Assembly: GCA_964016885.1 (NCBI GenBank)
Contig: OZ024749.1
Coordinates: 45,942,001-46,006,000, forward strand
Direction: 5' to 3'
From: Eledone cirrhosa
Taxonomy: Eukaryota
DNA: 64,000 nucleotides
The notes beneath the pieces are model-generated. The model worked only from the letters and a program-made list of their open reading frames with translations, had not been told where the DNA came from and did no database searches. Each line of letters begins with the position of its first letter. Position 1 is the first letter of the stretch. This document shows, in pieces, positions 44,036-60,126 of this stretch. A program made the position numbers and the translations under genes.

Positions 44036-44102
44036 TATTTTATTATACATATTTCAGAGGTATTGAGCTATCTTTAACAGTACGTCCTCATCAGATAAAA
44101 TA
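44036..44102 (-). ncRNA. Type I hammerhead ribozyme motif (family A relative)
   Basis: Minus strand: tattttat CTGATGA ggacgtactg...caatacctct GAAA tatgta TA ataaaata; perfect 8-bp stem I. Confidence 0.72.
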
Positions 44103-44224
44103 GGATGATGCATGACATACCCTGACATAGTAGATGATTAAGATTCAGTCATGGTAGTGAATATGTTCCAATCTATTGTTAAAACTCATTTTTTGATGTG
44201 TTCATTGAACCTTGTTTAACCTTG

Positions 44225-44290
<66 letters not shown>

Positions 44291-44872
44291 ATAATGGGTT
44301 GTATGGGATATGATAAAATACACTGGTACAGTAACGAAAGCCAATCGTTTTCATGCAACTCGCTCTCAGATTTTTTTTTATTCTGGCTTTCGTATTAACA
44401 GCAATAGCATACACGAAAAAACCCAAAATACAAAACTTTACTCAAACATCACAAAGTAATAAGTGGGCTTCATTTCATCAAAGTTCTGTTCAATTGGAGC
44501 TGACCTATAGATGAACCATACCACCAGGACTCTAACTCCGCCTATGTACCTTACATCTTGCAAAAAACCACCTGAACAACGAACCATCTATTCTTTACTT
44601 TGCGAAATTATCTCCCTCACACCATATAGCTTACTTTATTTCTCTTATTTTATATTTCCCTTCTTCTGTGTTTCCTTCTATCACTCTCTCCATCTCACTA
44701 TCTTTTTGTTTATCATCCACTCCGTGATTTTACTTCCGTCCGTTTTCGTTTATCTTTCCGTCTATCATTCGAATTTGTTATCTGTATCTAGCTATCTCCT
44801 CCCCGTTTCTCTCTCTCATCTCTTTCGTGTCCTTCATCATATCGTTCTATATGTCCCTCATAGCCTGTTTTC

Positions 44873-44934
<62 letters not shown>

Positions 44935-45545
44935 CTCTATATATATATATGTCTGTCTGACTATCTATCTATTCTTGTCTCTCTTTCTCGCTTCCTGTTT
45001 CTGTCTCTTTCCCGGTCCTCGTCTCACTGTAGTGGAGAGCAAAAGGGCATCAGCTGTATCTGACAAGCCACTACATCAACGAAGTGTGGAGAGAGTCTCG
45101 ACTTGAACTAAACACCTAACAGTTCATGTGACTGTGTCACATGACGTACAAACTTTCTTGTAACCATCTACCTCCCTAGCCCCATCTCCCTGTAACAATA
45201 GAATCAGAGTGGCAGATATATGTTTTTTTTTTCGTATTTTTTTTAATGTAGTTAAGTTTCTGGCTCTGTTGTTGGATGTGGCCTCGTTGTTGGATGGAGA
45301 ACCGTAATGTGATGTGTTGTGGTGCATTACAGTGTTGTATAACGCGGTGTGGAGTGGTGTGGAGTGGTGTAGAGTGCTGTAGAGTGCTGTAGAGTGGTAT
45401 ATACATATTATTCTGGTGTGCATAGTAGTATTTCCTTTTTTTTCGTTCGTACATATATATATATTCTTTCAGCCTATTTATTTGCTCGCTATTATGTCCT
45501 GTCAGTCTATCTGTCAGTCTTTGTCTCATTCAGCATATATACATC

Positions 45546-45618
<73 letters not shown>

Positions 45619-45628
45619 ATATATATAT

Positions 45629-45818
45629 AACAAAGGAATTGTGGTAAGGAACCAGATGGACCATAACGCACCAGAGTACTCAATACTTAGGGTAGTAGAG
45701 TGGGAAATAGGAAAAAGTATGACCCCCGACGGCAGAACTCACGCCGTTTCGACGTCTATTTCTGGATTAGCCGTCGAAACGGCTTCAGCTCTGCCCTCGG
45801 GGTCATACATTTTCCTAT
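45629..45818 (-). mobile_element. Penelope-like mini-element, family C, fold-back (arms 45707-45754 / 45772-45818)
   Basis: In (TA)n; near-identical to 60770-60931; contains hammerhead stem II + GAAA-cggc...gcc stem III. Confidence 0.7.
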
Positions 45819-45844
45819 ATATATATATATATACATATACATAT

Positions 45845-45928
<84 letters not shown>

Positions 45929-46460
45929 ATGTATATATATATATATATATATATACATATGCGTGGGTGAGTGTGTCTGTAATTTCCTTGATGAAAAATT
46001 CACTTTCTCAATTTATTGTGAAGAGTAAAGAATCTATGAAATACCCATCTTCAGAAAGTAAGAGACAGAGAGAGATTAAGGGAGAGAGACATTGAGATAT
46101 ATAGAGGGTAATGCGGAGAGGACTTTAGGTATCTAAAGTGACCAGCCTGAAAATGAACCATTTGCCCAAACTTGGTATTTGGTTATCTTCCTCTCATTTT
46201 CATTTCATTTGTAATTGCCTCTTAGCTCTAGATCAAATATGATGTAGAATGTTTATGATTAGTCATTTCAATCATGACTACCGTCTCGTTGTTACTAAAT
46301 TCGTATTTTCAGCCTTTGTATCCAGGTATGCAAGGATCGGCTGAATATTGCAGGTACAAATGTGTCTGTATGACATAATTGTAAGGAATAATTTCACGTT
46401 TTTCGTTTATGGTCTGACTATGAATGAGTGATGACATCTCCATGCATTATTTTCAACTCT

Positions 46461-46845
46461 TGGATTGGCAGTATCAGTAGAGGGTCGGACGCCATGCTTT
46501 CCAGCATAGTTACGTCCCTTTACGATCTGAGTTCAAATCCCGCCGAGGTTGACTTTGCCTTTCATCCTTACGGGGTCGATAAAATAAAGTACCAGTAATG
46601 AACTGGGTAATTGCTGGCCTTGTGCCAAACGTAGAAACAATTATTTTCAACGCTTCGGCGGTGGTTTGGCAGTATCGGTAGAGCGTCAGACACCATGCTT
46701 TGCAGCATAATTATGGCCCATTGCGGTCTGAGTTCAAATCTGCCGAGGTTAACGTTGCCTTTCATCCTTACGGGGTCGATAAAATAAAGTACAAGTAATG
46801 TACTGGGTAATAGCTGGCCTTGTGCCAAAAGTAGAAGCAATTATT
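46461..46845 (+). mobile_element. Two tandem OK-like SINEs with a triplicated target site
   Basis: attattttcaactctt (46446), attattttcaacgctt (46640), attatttttaactctt (46840). Confidence 0.9.
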
Positions 46846-47210
46846 TTTAACTCTTCTTATTAATAGTCGCATTGTTTCCTTCCATAATCTAGGTTGAAAA
46901 ATAAACTTTATTTGGTAATTCCTTGAGAGTATCTTGGTCAGCCGGTGAACTTGTAAGTTTCTCTTTTTTTGTTGAGATGTGGTGGTGGTTGTGGTGGAGT
47001 TATTGGGAGATTTTAGGGAGATGATTTTACTTACGTCACATCACCAGGCTATAATTTTCAAGGTCTGAAACTTAATTAGGATCAGGTTTGGAGGAATTGG
47101 GGGAAGGGTCGTCCTTCATCCGAATATATATATATATACATACACATATATATATATATATATATGTGTATGTGTGTATATATGTATATATATGTGTGTA
47201 TATATGTATA

Positions 47211-47412
<202 letters not shown>

Positions 47413-48033
47413 GAGAGAAAAACATGTGTACGTTTCTGATATACAACCCATTACTGTAAATTTGTTGTCAACAACTTCTAAAAACAAAACATTCGTAGGA
47501 AATAATATATTACGTCTGATGAATTCGTATTATTTTCGAATTTACTAATTCATTCTTCGTTTATATTTTTAGCCTGTTTTTATGTTCAATACTGTAGAAT
47601 TTTATATTCTTGCTTGATTTTATCTTATTTTATATCATTTTATCTTATTTTCCCATTCAACCAATTTCGTTTCCTATTTTATCTTTCTTTGAATTTTTTC
47701 CGTTCTACAAATATTTTGTTCACATCCTTGATACTTTCTTTTTGTCATATATGTATATATTTTTTTTAGTATTTTTTCTATTTTTTTTTAGTAATTAACC
47801 AAGGTTAGTTGTATGCCCGCCTGTTTACCCTAAATTTAGACCAACAATAAAATTACAGATGAGAAGAAAAACAAAAAAAAAACACGAAAATAATACAAAA
47901 AATTTACTTGAAGTAAATAAATAAGTAAAACGTATAAAATTTAATTCTACAATTATTTTATTTCTGTTATGATTTTTCTTGGGAGGATCTGAATGGTAAA
48001 TGTTGTGAACTACCTTATTTTTCCTCATCAATG

Positions 48034-48318
48034 TCTTCTTCTTCTTCTTCTTCTTCTTCTTCTTCTTCTTCTTCTTCTTCTTCTTCTTCTTCTTCTTCTT
48101 CTTCTTCTCCTTCTTCTTCTTCTTCTTCTTCTTCTTCTTCTTCTTCTTCTTCTTCTTCTTCTTCTTCTTCTTCTTCTTCTTCTTCTTCTTCTTCTTCTTC
48201 TTCTTCTTCTTCTTCTTCTTCTTCTTCTTCTTCTTCTTCTTTGTTATTATTATTATTGTTGTTATTATTATTATCATTATATATGCTATTACTATTATTA
48301 TTACCTTTATTATTATTC
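48034..48318. repeat. (TTC)n then (TTA)n microsatellite
   Basis: Direct reading. Confidence 0.95.
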
Positions 48319-48743
48319 TTCGCAATGGCTGGCTATTTTACATGTCCTTAATAAATATAGCATTACGCTTTGCTTTGCCTCGAAGCTTATTAACGCTCCT
48401 CTCTTATCATTCACTTCTCATGATCCAATCAATTAAGCGGGCAATCCTTAATTAAAACTAGAAAATAGCTCACAGTAAATTTCTATGTATAGTCTAAGAT
48501 GTTTGCCTCGCAGCGAATGTGATGGCTTGTTTTCGAATCGTCACCCTTTCTATTATCTGCTTTGTTTCAAAAGCTCTTGAAACATATCAAGCGGAATTCC
48601 TATCTGCTTTCACACAAAGAAGAATAAGGATCGTTTTCCTCCACCAAAATCTTCTTGCAGGCATTTCATGTTTACAAAAATCTTGTGAGTGAGTGCATAT
48701 ATACAGACACACACATATATACAGACACACTCACACACACAGG

Positions 48744-48780
<37 letters not shown>

Positions 48781-48846
48781 TCAAACACAATCACATACAC
48801 CACAGATATACGCTCACACATACACACATATATATATATAAATAAA

Positions 48847-48902
<56 letters not shown>

Positions 48903-50656
48903 GATAGTACACATATATATATATATATGTGTGTATGTATGTATGTGGATGTATATATGAGCTTATTTTTTGTCTGTATGTGAGCCAGTTAGTCTGCGTT
49001 TGTGTGCCGTGTAGTGGGTAGTTTGTTGTAATATGTGTATAATAATGTATGTTCCAGTGTTTGTATAACATAATTCTAAGTAATAATTTCTCGTTTTTCG
49101 TATTTGGATTATTATTATTGCTTAATATATATATATATTTGAAATTACAGTTACACTTCTTTAATTATGGTTTGTTTATAACAAATCAGAATTATGTATA
49201 GGAATATCACCCTTTGACTATATGAATTAAAATGTTCTGTAATTGTTTCTATGTTATTTGCATCATTGTTGTAAATATTTCCTTAGTCCTAATTGCAGAA
49301 TTTCTGTGTTAAACAACACAATATTATCAGGTGATCATTTTACCCCTATCATCTTAATAACTATTTGTTTATAGGCCATAATGGGCGAAACTCAAAGAAC
49401 ATTACCAACTCAATGCTGTCAGTTGAATTCAAGGCTCTTGTTTTTCGCTTTACTGGGTGTTTTTTTAGACAAATTTCCAGTAACAATTTCAAATGTCGAC
49501 TATGTCATCTTAAGATGTCTGTTTGGGATTGTATTCATGGCTGCGATTATGAAGAATTTCCAGTAGTCTTTAGTGGCTAGCATTGCTCTTTAAGGCTACC
49601 AGTAGGGTAACCCATCCAATATGCATTCTTAGCAAGAACATTTCCACAACGCTCTTCATCCAGACTGTGCTGATTTGTGTTCATATTGAATATTTGTCAT
49701 CATGTGTGTGAGATTCAAACTAACCACGAGCATTCTTTAGAAAGATGTGAATGTGAAAGTTGATGCCACTGATAATGTTGATCTCGAAATTGAAATATTA
49801 ATATTTGTATTACACTGAGATCATCTCTGCTAAAACAGATTTATGGATATATGTATTCTAACCATGTCCAACTCGCCTTTATTGCAGTTATTTAAGACAG
49901 GTTCAACTAAGGTATCATATACTTGCTATTATGCAGTATAGTATGTGGTTTAAGAAAGAGTGCTCTGAAAATCTTAGCAAGGTGTGTAACCACAAATAGA
50001 ATCAATCTGCGTTTCCAGTGCTGATGACGGTGAAATAGTGACGGAGACGGCGTTAATGGTGATGATGTCGGTGGTGGATTATACAAATTACGTTACTGAT
50101 GACGGTGATGATGATAATCATGGGGATTGTGAAAATAATGGAAATGATGATGGTATTGGTGATTGTGATGGTGATAGTTAATGTGACAGCAATGATAACA
50201 CTGCATATTGGGATGAAGACGAAATAAACAAGATGGCGGCAACTACAACGTTAGCGTTGATAGAATCAGGCTCTTCCTAATAAGTATATAATTGCGTTTA
50301 CTTGTTCAATGTCGTCGCCTCGGTTAGAATGTTGTTAACCCGGAATGGCTCGAATGCAAATTGATTTAAGAGTGTCACAACGAAACATTAACTAAGAGAC
50401 GATAAGGTGCATATAACAACGTTACAATCTGCCTCCCAGTCAATACGGACACATCCCTACATACACGTCTTTTTTTCTGCATGTATCCAATCGAATTATG
50501 AACCTATTGTTTGATATCTGTTCTGTTTTAGTGCCGTCTTCAATTGTATTAAGTTGTGTTGTGTTGTTTTTATCAGTGTTGTTTGTAGAACACCGTGAGG
50601 AGTTGGGTGTTCATATTCTATGACTCTCTGTCTCTCTCCCTCTATCTCTCTCTCCG

Positions 50657-50688
<32 letters not shown>

Positions 50689-50700
50689 AATGCATTTATA

Positions 50701-50737
<37 letters not shown>

Positions 50738-50750
50738 TTTCTATACTTTC

Positions 50751-50816
<66 letters not shown>

Positions 50817-50822
<6 letters not shown>

Positions 50823-50940
50823 GTTTCTACTTTTGGTACAAGGCCAGAAATTATCCCAGTGCATTACTGGTACTTTATTTTATTGATCCCGTAAGGATGA
50901 AAGGCAAAGTTAACCTCGGCGGGTTTTGAACTTAGATCAT
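50817..50940 (-). mobile_element. 5'-truncated OK-like SINE inside (TA)n
   Basis: Tail and core present; followed by a family B hammerhead half at ~50957-50995. Confidence 0.82.
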
Positions 50941-51814
50941 ATATATATATATATAATGAAACAGTACCAGTCCTGTTGATGCCATTTCTATATTAAATAT
51001 ATATATATATATGTATGTGTATGTGTTTGCCTTGTGTGTGTGTGTGTGTGTGGTGTGTGTGTGTGTGTGTGTGTGCATGTGTGTGTGTCGATGTTATTGA
51101 TGCTCCTGTTCTTGTTGTCTAGATCCTTTTCATAGTTGATTCAACATAACTATCACAAAGGTGGTTGAAACTGTAACCTATCAGGTTCGTCTTGTATTAT
51201 TAGGACCCTCTGCTGTTTATCCCTCCTATTTAAAGAACGTAGGATGAGGTTTGATGTAATCAACATGGTAATAGTAGCAGATCGAGGGACAAGACCGTTG
51301 ACACATTTGTAAGTTCATCAACTTCTATTTGACTTCGTTTACGACAAATTGTGTCTAGATGTGTCTGTATATGTATAAGCACACAGTAAATTATATTTAT
51401 ATGTGTACATATATATATATTCATATCTCTATTTAGTACAATACTTCGGACAGAAAATACAATCGGCTTGCATTATGCATACTGAATAACGTGTATATAT
51501 ATATATATTTTTTTTTTTTCCAGTTTGTGCACGATCTTCGATTTGCATGCAGACACATTCGAGTAATGTATATTTATTTAAGTGTTTGTGTGAGTGATAG
51601 AAGATTTGAATATAAGTGTACATGTGATTATAAGTGTATACACATATCAACCTCAGTGTGTAAGATATTGTGTGTGTATATATGAATGTGGTACTCTGAG
51701 TATGTATATGTAGGCGTGCTTGACAGAGGAAGAGAGAGAAAGAGATAGATACAGAAAAAGAGCGAGAGAGAGAGAGATAGAGAAATATATATATATACAT
51801 ATATATTATATATG

Positions 51815-51917
<103 letters not shown>

Positions 51918-51918
51918 G

Positions 51919-52064
<146 letters not shown>

Positions 52065-52323
52065 AATATATATATATATATATAAATAATTATATATATA
52101 TATACAGAGAGGGAGAGGGATAGAGAGAGGGGGAGGGGGAGAGAGAGAAGGGTTTTTTGGAATAAATTGGTTTATCATATAAAACTGTTGTTGACCCGTC
52201 AGTGGAGAAAGTAATTCGAAGGAGGAAGAATATTTAAAGATGGGTTCGGAGTCGGTCGTAGAAGGAAACCAAATGACGTGGAGGGGAGGTAGGGGCTAAA
52301 AAAGAAGATACGGGAATAGGAAA

Positions 52324-52436
52324 GAAGAAGAAGAAGAAGAAGAAGAAGAAGAAGAAGAAGAAGAAGAAGAAGAAGAAGAAGAAGAAGAAGAAGAAGAAGA
52401 AGAAGAAGAAGAAGAAGAAGAAGAAGAAGAAGAAGA
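52324..52436. repeat. (GAA)n microsatellite
   Basis: Direct reading. Confidence 0.95.
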
Positions 52437-53159
52437 TATATTTAGGTTGTATTTAACACTGTTAGCATCAGTGCAATGAAATTGTCCCTTCGGGGGCAGC
52501 TGCTGCAAACGAACCATAAGTTATGAGCGAGTGATTCCATCGACGACAGATGGCACATGGCACTCTACTTTTCCACATGGCGGCAAAATATCACGACACA
52601 CACACATATGTATGTATATATATATATATATATATATATACACGTATATTTGACTGCTGTTCATTGTAAACATACATTCGTCTCTTTCTGACGTCACTAG
52701 CCCTGTCTCCATGTGTATTTATTAATTCAATTCCACACGAGGTTTAACTAGCCTGCTTTTAAATTCCCCTCTGGCATATTTTAGCTGTGGTCTTAGTTAA
52801 CGTGTTGAGCACTACTGACGAACGACTCCAACTGTGACAAAACCCACTGAAAAGTTTCGTTAAATAGTCTTTTTAAGACTATAAAGTGCATATACAGTTT
52901 TTTCCAAATTGACGGATAAGTATTTACTCTTAATATTATTTTGATTAAAGATTCTATTGGTTTTTTCCCCGGATTACACAAAATCTGTGGATAAAATTTC
53001 TGGTCTTGAATTGTTTTGAATTGGGATTAAATTATTTTCCCATAACGTTAAATATTTTTCATCTTGACGTAATAGTCACTTATATGTCTGAATTACTGGT
53101 GGCTTCTTGCTTATACTAATTTCTCTATGTTCATTTATATATTTATATACACGTATATT

Positions 53160-53520
<361 letters not shown>

Positions 53521-53598
53521 AATTATTTGGTTCCTTTACCGGTATCGCAGTTACTCTGCTTTTCAAAAGTAGAGTTAAGATGCAGGGTCTGTGGCATT

Positions 53599-53694
<96 letters not shown>

Positions 53695-55743
53695 ATGAAG
53701 GCGGAGATATGAAAACAGACACAGGCATACACTGAAAACTAAGAATTACTACCCTTGATTTTTCATGTTTACACAAACCTAGAAATATATTTGCTTTTAC
53801 TAATTCTTTTGATAATCTGGATTAATCGAAATTGCTATACTTACTTTTCATTACATAACTCTAAAAGCTGGTGACGTATTAATTGCGGTATTGGACTCTC
53901 AAACGTAAGGTCCGGAGTTTCATTTCTGAACCGGCATAAGCACTGACCTGGACTATATTTTACATTGCATCAGTATGCCTGTACTATGTAGTACATGGAA
54001 GGTTCACCTTAGTATCTTCCATCAGCCATCATTTGAAATACCATCAAAATAAGTAAGATACATACAGTAGTAAGAGATAGAGAGTGAATGAGAGAATGAC
54101 AGTGAAAGAGAGGGAGAGTCAAAGAGAGGTGTATGGAAGTAGATTAAGAATGAAAGAAAAAAATAATGCAATGAGAGAAGAAATAAATAGAATATATTTA
54201 TCAACTAATTAAAGAAGGAAAACAAAAAGTAGCATATGGAAGAAACATGAATGAGATAGAGAAAGAGAAAACGAAGGAAAACTAAAGAAATAAAGAAAGA
54301 AAGAAAGTAAGAATGAAAGATTGTAAAAATTGCATAGAAATCAAACATAGATGAATGAAAGTATTAAAGAATGAAGTAATAACGAAAACCATACAAAATA
54401 GAAACTACTGAAGGATTATCCACTGATATGTAAAAATAAAACAGACGAATGAATGCAAAAAAGTGTAAAATGATTTGAAAATGAAAAGTGAGAAAAAAGA
54501 ATTAAAATTTCGTAATACTTATTTAAAAATAAAAAAGTGAAATGAAAGATTGAAAAATATCCTGAATAAAAGAATGAAAGAAATATATTGAAGAAATGAA
54601 AGCAAATAAAAAGACATTAAAATGAACAAAATGAAATGAAAAAGGAAACCCAAGCAAACAATATTTTTTTTAACAGGAAAGGACGAAAGCGAAAAAAAAC
54701 CAAAAACAACAAGCAGCGATGGATGAAAACATAGGAACGATCTAGATGATACAAACGTTGTGTTAATGAAGTTTGTTTGATAATATAACTGTAAAATAAA
54801 CATAAATATAAATGTAAAATAACAGTAAATAATTAAAGCAAAACCTTAACATTGACTACATTGACTATATATATAGTTGGTGACTAACTTTGTATTCATA
54901 AGAGGATTTGTTAAAGTAAATATAAATGTGTTAGATGTAATGTATGTGAGATTAGTATTCTACTAGGAACTGGTGCTTTACAAACTGTAATAGCAGCAGG
55001 GTTATGGATGATAGTGGGGGGTGTTCATACTTACGGTAAACTGTAAGTAAATATTCTAGGTTGGGGGTTAATGTTGTTAGGGTTAGGGTTCATTTCTGCT
55101 GTAGTTAGTATTGATGTTGATGGTGATGCTGATAGCTTTGCTCACGTTGAGTTTTTCTTTTTTTCTTGTTATATTGTTGTTAGTTTTGTTGGTGTTAGTG
55201 ATGTTATTTTTCCTGTTTATAACTTTGTGTTTGGTGGCGGTGCTGTTTTTTTGTTGGTATGGGGTGTTGCTGTTGTTGTTGTTGCTTTTCTTGATGTTGT
55301 TATTGGTGGTGGTATAGCTGTTGGTGTGGCTGTAATTAGTGGTACTTTTGCGGTTGTTCTATCAATAGTTGCTGTGTATGATGATGCTGATGAATTGTAT
55401 GAAGTTTGGGGAGCAGCTAGGTAGTGGTGGGTGATAATTGCTCTTGTTTCTGGTTGTCGAGTTGTTGTTGGTGTTATTGCTGTAAGGGGTTTTGTTGTTG
55501 TTGCTTTTTACTTGTTGCTAATATTGCTTATAGAAGTACGTGTTGTTCTTGTTGTTAGTGTTACTGTTATAGTTGTTGCTGTTGGTGTTTTTCTAACTGG
55601 TTAATAATAAGGTGTTGTCTATTTGTATACATCAAACGCGATATCTCCGGGTGTTTAAATATATACACTTGTTCAAAGTTGAGTTTTGAAGACGTAAACA
55701 AATAAAACGTTTTACACCATTTCATACTCAATATCTATATATG

Positions 55744-55816
<73 letters not shown>

Positions 55817-55904
55817 CGTTATACATGGGGAGGGTCATATTGTTATAATATTGCCAGATATAATAACAGAACACAGTCACTGTTTGGTTTGGGTTAGTTT
55901 CCTT

Positions 55905-55961
<57 letters not shown>

Positions 55962-56198
55962 TGTGTGTGTGTATATATATATATATGTATATATATATTT
56001 GTGTGTATATGTATTTATCTGTGTGTTCCCTTAAACATAAATACATATGTGCATGCGTGTATGTATAAATACGCACACAGATAATTTGTTTGTATCATAT
56101 ATACGTAAAGCATATGTACTAAAGTGGAAAATGTTTAATAATGTCACGCTGTAGCCATGTGGAACAGGAGTGGAGTCCTTCACAAGCCATCATGTAAA

Positions 56199-56299
56199 AT
56201 AATTGTTTCTACTTTTGGCACAAGGCCAGCAATTATCCCAGTGTATTACTGGTACTTTATTGTATCGACCCCGTAAGGATGAAAGCCAAAGTTAACCTC
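56199..56299 (-). mobile_element. 5'-truncated OK-like SINE
   Basis: Tail and core motifs. Confidence 0.82.
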
Positions 56300-56651
56300 A
56301 AAATAATGGACATCCATCATAGACCGGACTGAATCAAACCCAAGAGCGCGAAATTTGGTGAAATACCATTAAAGGAATACAAAACTAAGCGATTTCTTCT
56401 ATAGGGACTATGTAGAACCATGTAGTTACATCTTAAAGAATACAAGTTCTATATTTGTTCAGATTCCCTCTTGTATACGTTACGGAATTTTATTCATAGG
56501 AAAACACAGAAGTAGATATGCATACTCACACACAGACAAGCTCATACATACACACACATATATATAGAGAGAGAAGTAGTTCCACAACAGTTAGTTCACC
56601 ATACCGAGAACAAATGTTTCACCTTAATCGCATCCTCAGCTCGGTCTATAT

Positions 56652-56716
<65 letters not shown>

Positions 56717-57256
56717 AATAAATATATATATATATATATATTCATGTTATATTTCTCATATATAATATATACATATGTATATATATTTTCATGTGTATAT
56801 GGGAAACTGTGGTTATGTGTGTGCGTGTGTGTTTCTGTGTCTGCGTGTCTGTGCATATAGTCACTGTCACGTGTTAATTTACACCCGGGGCTTTGCGAGA
56901 ATGATATTGAAATAGAAGCCTGTGGTTGGAATTTCTTTGTATACTATATGCTACTACCCACACCACACCGGACTTCCACACACACATACCAAAAAAAAAG
57001 AACAAATATAAATAACGTTAATCTTCAAGATAGGTGTCCAGCTGTAATGGAAAGGTGAAGCAGAAGACAGAAGTGATTCAAGAAAAGAATATTCTAGTGA
57101 AAGTCAAAAGGTCATATTGAACGCTGGAGAGATAAAATATATAGTGATTGTGAAACGAATGCCACCTCCCTTGTCATTGGTCGGTTTAAAAAAGCATGGC
57201 ATAACTAACCATCTCTGCAGATCAAGAGTTAATGGTATTGAACAGAATAATTGAAT

Positions 57257-57421
57257 CTTCATCATCATCATCAGCATCATCATCATCATATTCTTCTTCT
57301 TCTTCTTCTTCTTCTTCTTCTTCTTCTTCTTCTTCTTCTTCTTCTTCTTCTTCTTCTTCTTCTTCTTCTTCTTCTTCTTCTTCTTCTTCTTCTTCTTCTT
57401 CTTCTTCTTCTTCTTCTTCTC
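57257..57421. repeat. (CAT)n(TTC)n microsatellite
   Basis: Direct reading. Confidence 0.95.
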
Positions 57422-57792
57422 TATATGCACACGAACACAAACGCATCTATATATATAAATAAATAAATATATATATATGTGTGTGTGTGTGTGTGTATGT
57501 GTGGGTGTGTGTGTTTTGCGAGGTCTAATTTATGAAATCGTGTGTCGAAACAATTATTGTTATATAACAGGAGGAACATAATAGTACCACTGATGATGTT
57601 TCAGATGTGCAACGAAAGAATATTGTTAGACAATATATATATGTTTATATCTATATTTTATCTGTATTTTTGACCGTTGGTGATTCAATGGTAAACATTG
57701 AGGACCGAATGAATTAACTGTGGAGATATAAAAGATACAGAAAGGAAAACCACCAAACAGTGAGTGTGTTCTGTTATTATTTCTGACAATAT

Positions 57793-57916
57793 TCGGTGGA
57801 GGGTTGGACGCCATACTTTCTAGCATAGTTACGTCCCTTTACAGTCTGAGTTCTAATCCCGACGAGGTTAACTTTGCCTTTCGTCCTTACGGGGTCGATA
57901 AAATAAAGTACCAGTA
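57793..57916 (+). mobile_element. OK-like SINE fragment
   Basis: B-box and core motifs; both ends truncated. Confidence 0.82.
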
Positions 57917-57954
57917 AATTAAAGTTAGAAATGCTTACATACAATCCAGGATCA

Positions 57955-58036
57955 TGTCCCTACCCTTGGGTTTCGTTCGCATTTTGATATATCCTATTAA
58001 GGATAACATCTTGAGCTTCGAACTCGTCAGGAGACA
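57955..58036 (-). ncRNA. Type I hammerhead ribozyme motif with extended stem II
   Basis: Minus strand: tgtctc CTGACGA gttcg...atcct-taat-aggat...cgaac GAAA cccaaggg TA gggaca; adjoins (TA)n. Confidence 0.75.
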
Positions 58037-58041
58037 AACTC

Positions 58042-58117
<76 letters not shown>

Positions 58118-58648
58118 CAATGGCGATTGCAATTTTTTTATTTATTCAACTATATATAAAAATTAACACATCCAAAACTGTGAGCAGTATAGCTACCCAG
58201 ATATGATGAAATCTGGAATCAGCTGTCCCTTACAATATTGGATAAATGTCTCTGCTCTTATGCCAGAAATACGGAGTTCGATTCTCCGTAACTAACTCTT
58301 GCTATTTCTATAATTGTATGCGTTTGTGTATTGAAATTAAACACTTTTTCTTTTTCTTTTACGAGCTAAAAGCATAACCTAGAATAGAGAAGATGAACGC
58401 AGCGGGGATGTCTATAGGAGGTGATGCAGTTGTGCTTCAATTCAGAAGCTACAGGGAATATGCATTACATCTCTCCCGAAAGGCTGCACATTTGCCAGCG
58501 AGAACGTAATGTACAGGTAATGTATAAGAAATGTATCGCCTGGATCACATATTTGCCTTAATTTCATTGTATTTAATGTTTGTTTTGTTAATATCATTGT
58601 CTTGAATACCAACCATCGTGGTATTTTCTCGGGGCCACCTAGACTTTA

Positions 58649-58728
<80 letters not shown>

Positions 58729-58819
58729 TACTACTACTTCTTCTTCTTCTTCTTCTTCTTCTTTTTTTCTTCTTCTTCTTCTTCTTCTTCTTCTTCTTCT
58801 TCTTCTTCTTCTTCTTCTT

Positions 58820-58878
<59 letters not shown>
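58649..58878. repeat. Compound (TAC)n(TTC)n(GA)n microsatellite
   Basis: Direct reading. Confidence 0.95.
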
Positions 58879-58881
<3 letters not shown>

Positions 58882-59004
58882 GGAAATCGAGATTTCATAC
58901 AAATACATATTTACACTCATATATGTATTCATAATTATATATATATATATATATATATTATGGAATACTGTTAGCTTCTCGGTACACCAATTTCTATACT
59001 TTTC

Positions 59005-59044
<40 letters not shown>

Positions 59045-59241
59045 CACATATATTTTTATTTGTTTGACCTGAATTACTTGGTCGTTTTTATGGTTGTGCG
59101 GGTGATCGTCTCAGTGTGTTTGGCCTTTAATGTATGTTGTAGCTCTGGTTCATCTGAATCATTGAGCGCTTGCCACACATCTCGGAAGTTGTTTTTCGTT
59201 AACTCCTAAGCCGAAATACTATTCTCGCTAATTTATATTTG

Positions 59242-59294
<53 letters not shown>

Positions 59295-59663
59295 TTATTT
59301 ATTTATTAGCAACTTTCAAGTGTATACATATCAATTGAGAAACAATTCGTATTTTGTAAATAGAGCAAACATTACGTAAGTAAATATATTTACTTCAGGG
59401 TGTTACCAAGCCTATATTTCCCTATAGTGTTTTGTTTCACATAATCCAAAATAGGAAACAAATCATTGATCTTAGTAATATGTTTCAATTACCAATTATC
59501 GATTTTTTAAATAAGCTTCTTAGGACCAGGATTTTGATCTTGTATAAAGTTAAATCTTCTATATATATCTCACATAATTGATGCTCTGAACTAATGTGAA
59601 TAGAGCTTTCTTATTGAGGAAAATAATCGTCATATATTTAATGTGTATCGATTAAACCTAAAT

Positions 59664-60126
<463 letters not shown>

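Noticed and set aside
49350-49760. Possible old RTE 3' remnant on the minus strand
   Set aside because: Too degraded to support without a search
52453-52480. miR-8/200-like taacactg seed
   Set aside because: Remainder does not match the mature miRNA and no precursor hairpin is evident
55071-55424. Hydrophobic 117-aa membrane-protein-like ORF
   Set aside because: Derived from degenerate (GTT/GGT)n sequence
57586-57632. Additional hammerhead CTGATGA...GAAA
   Set aside because: Stem I and stem III do not pair convincingly
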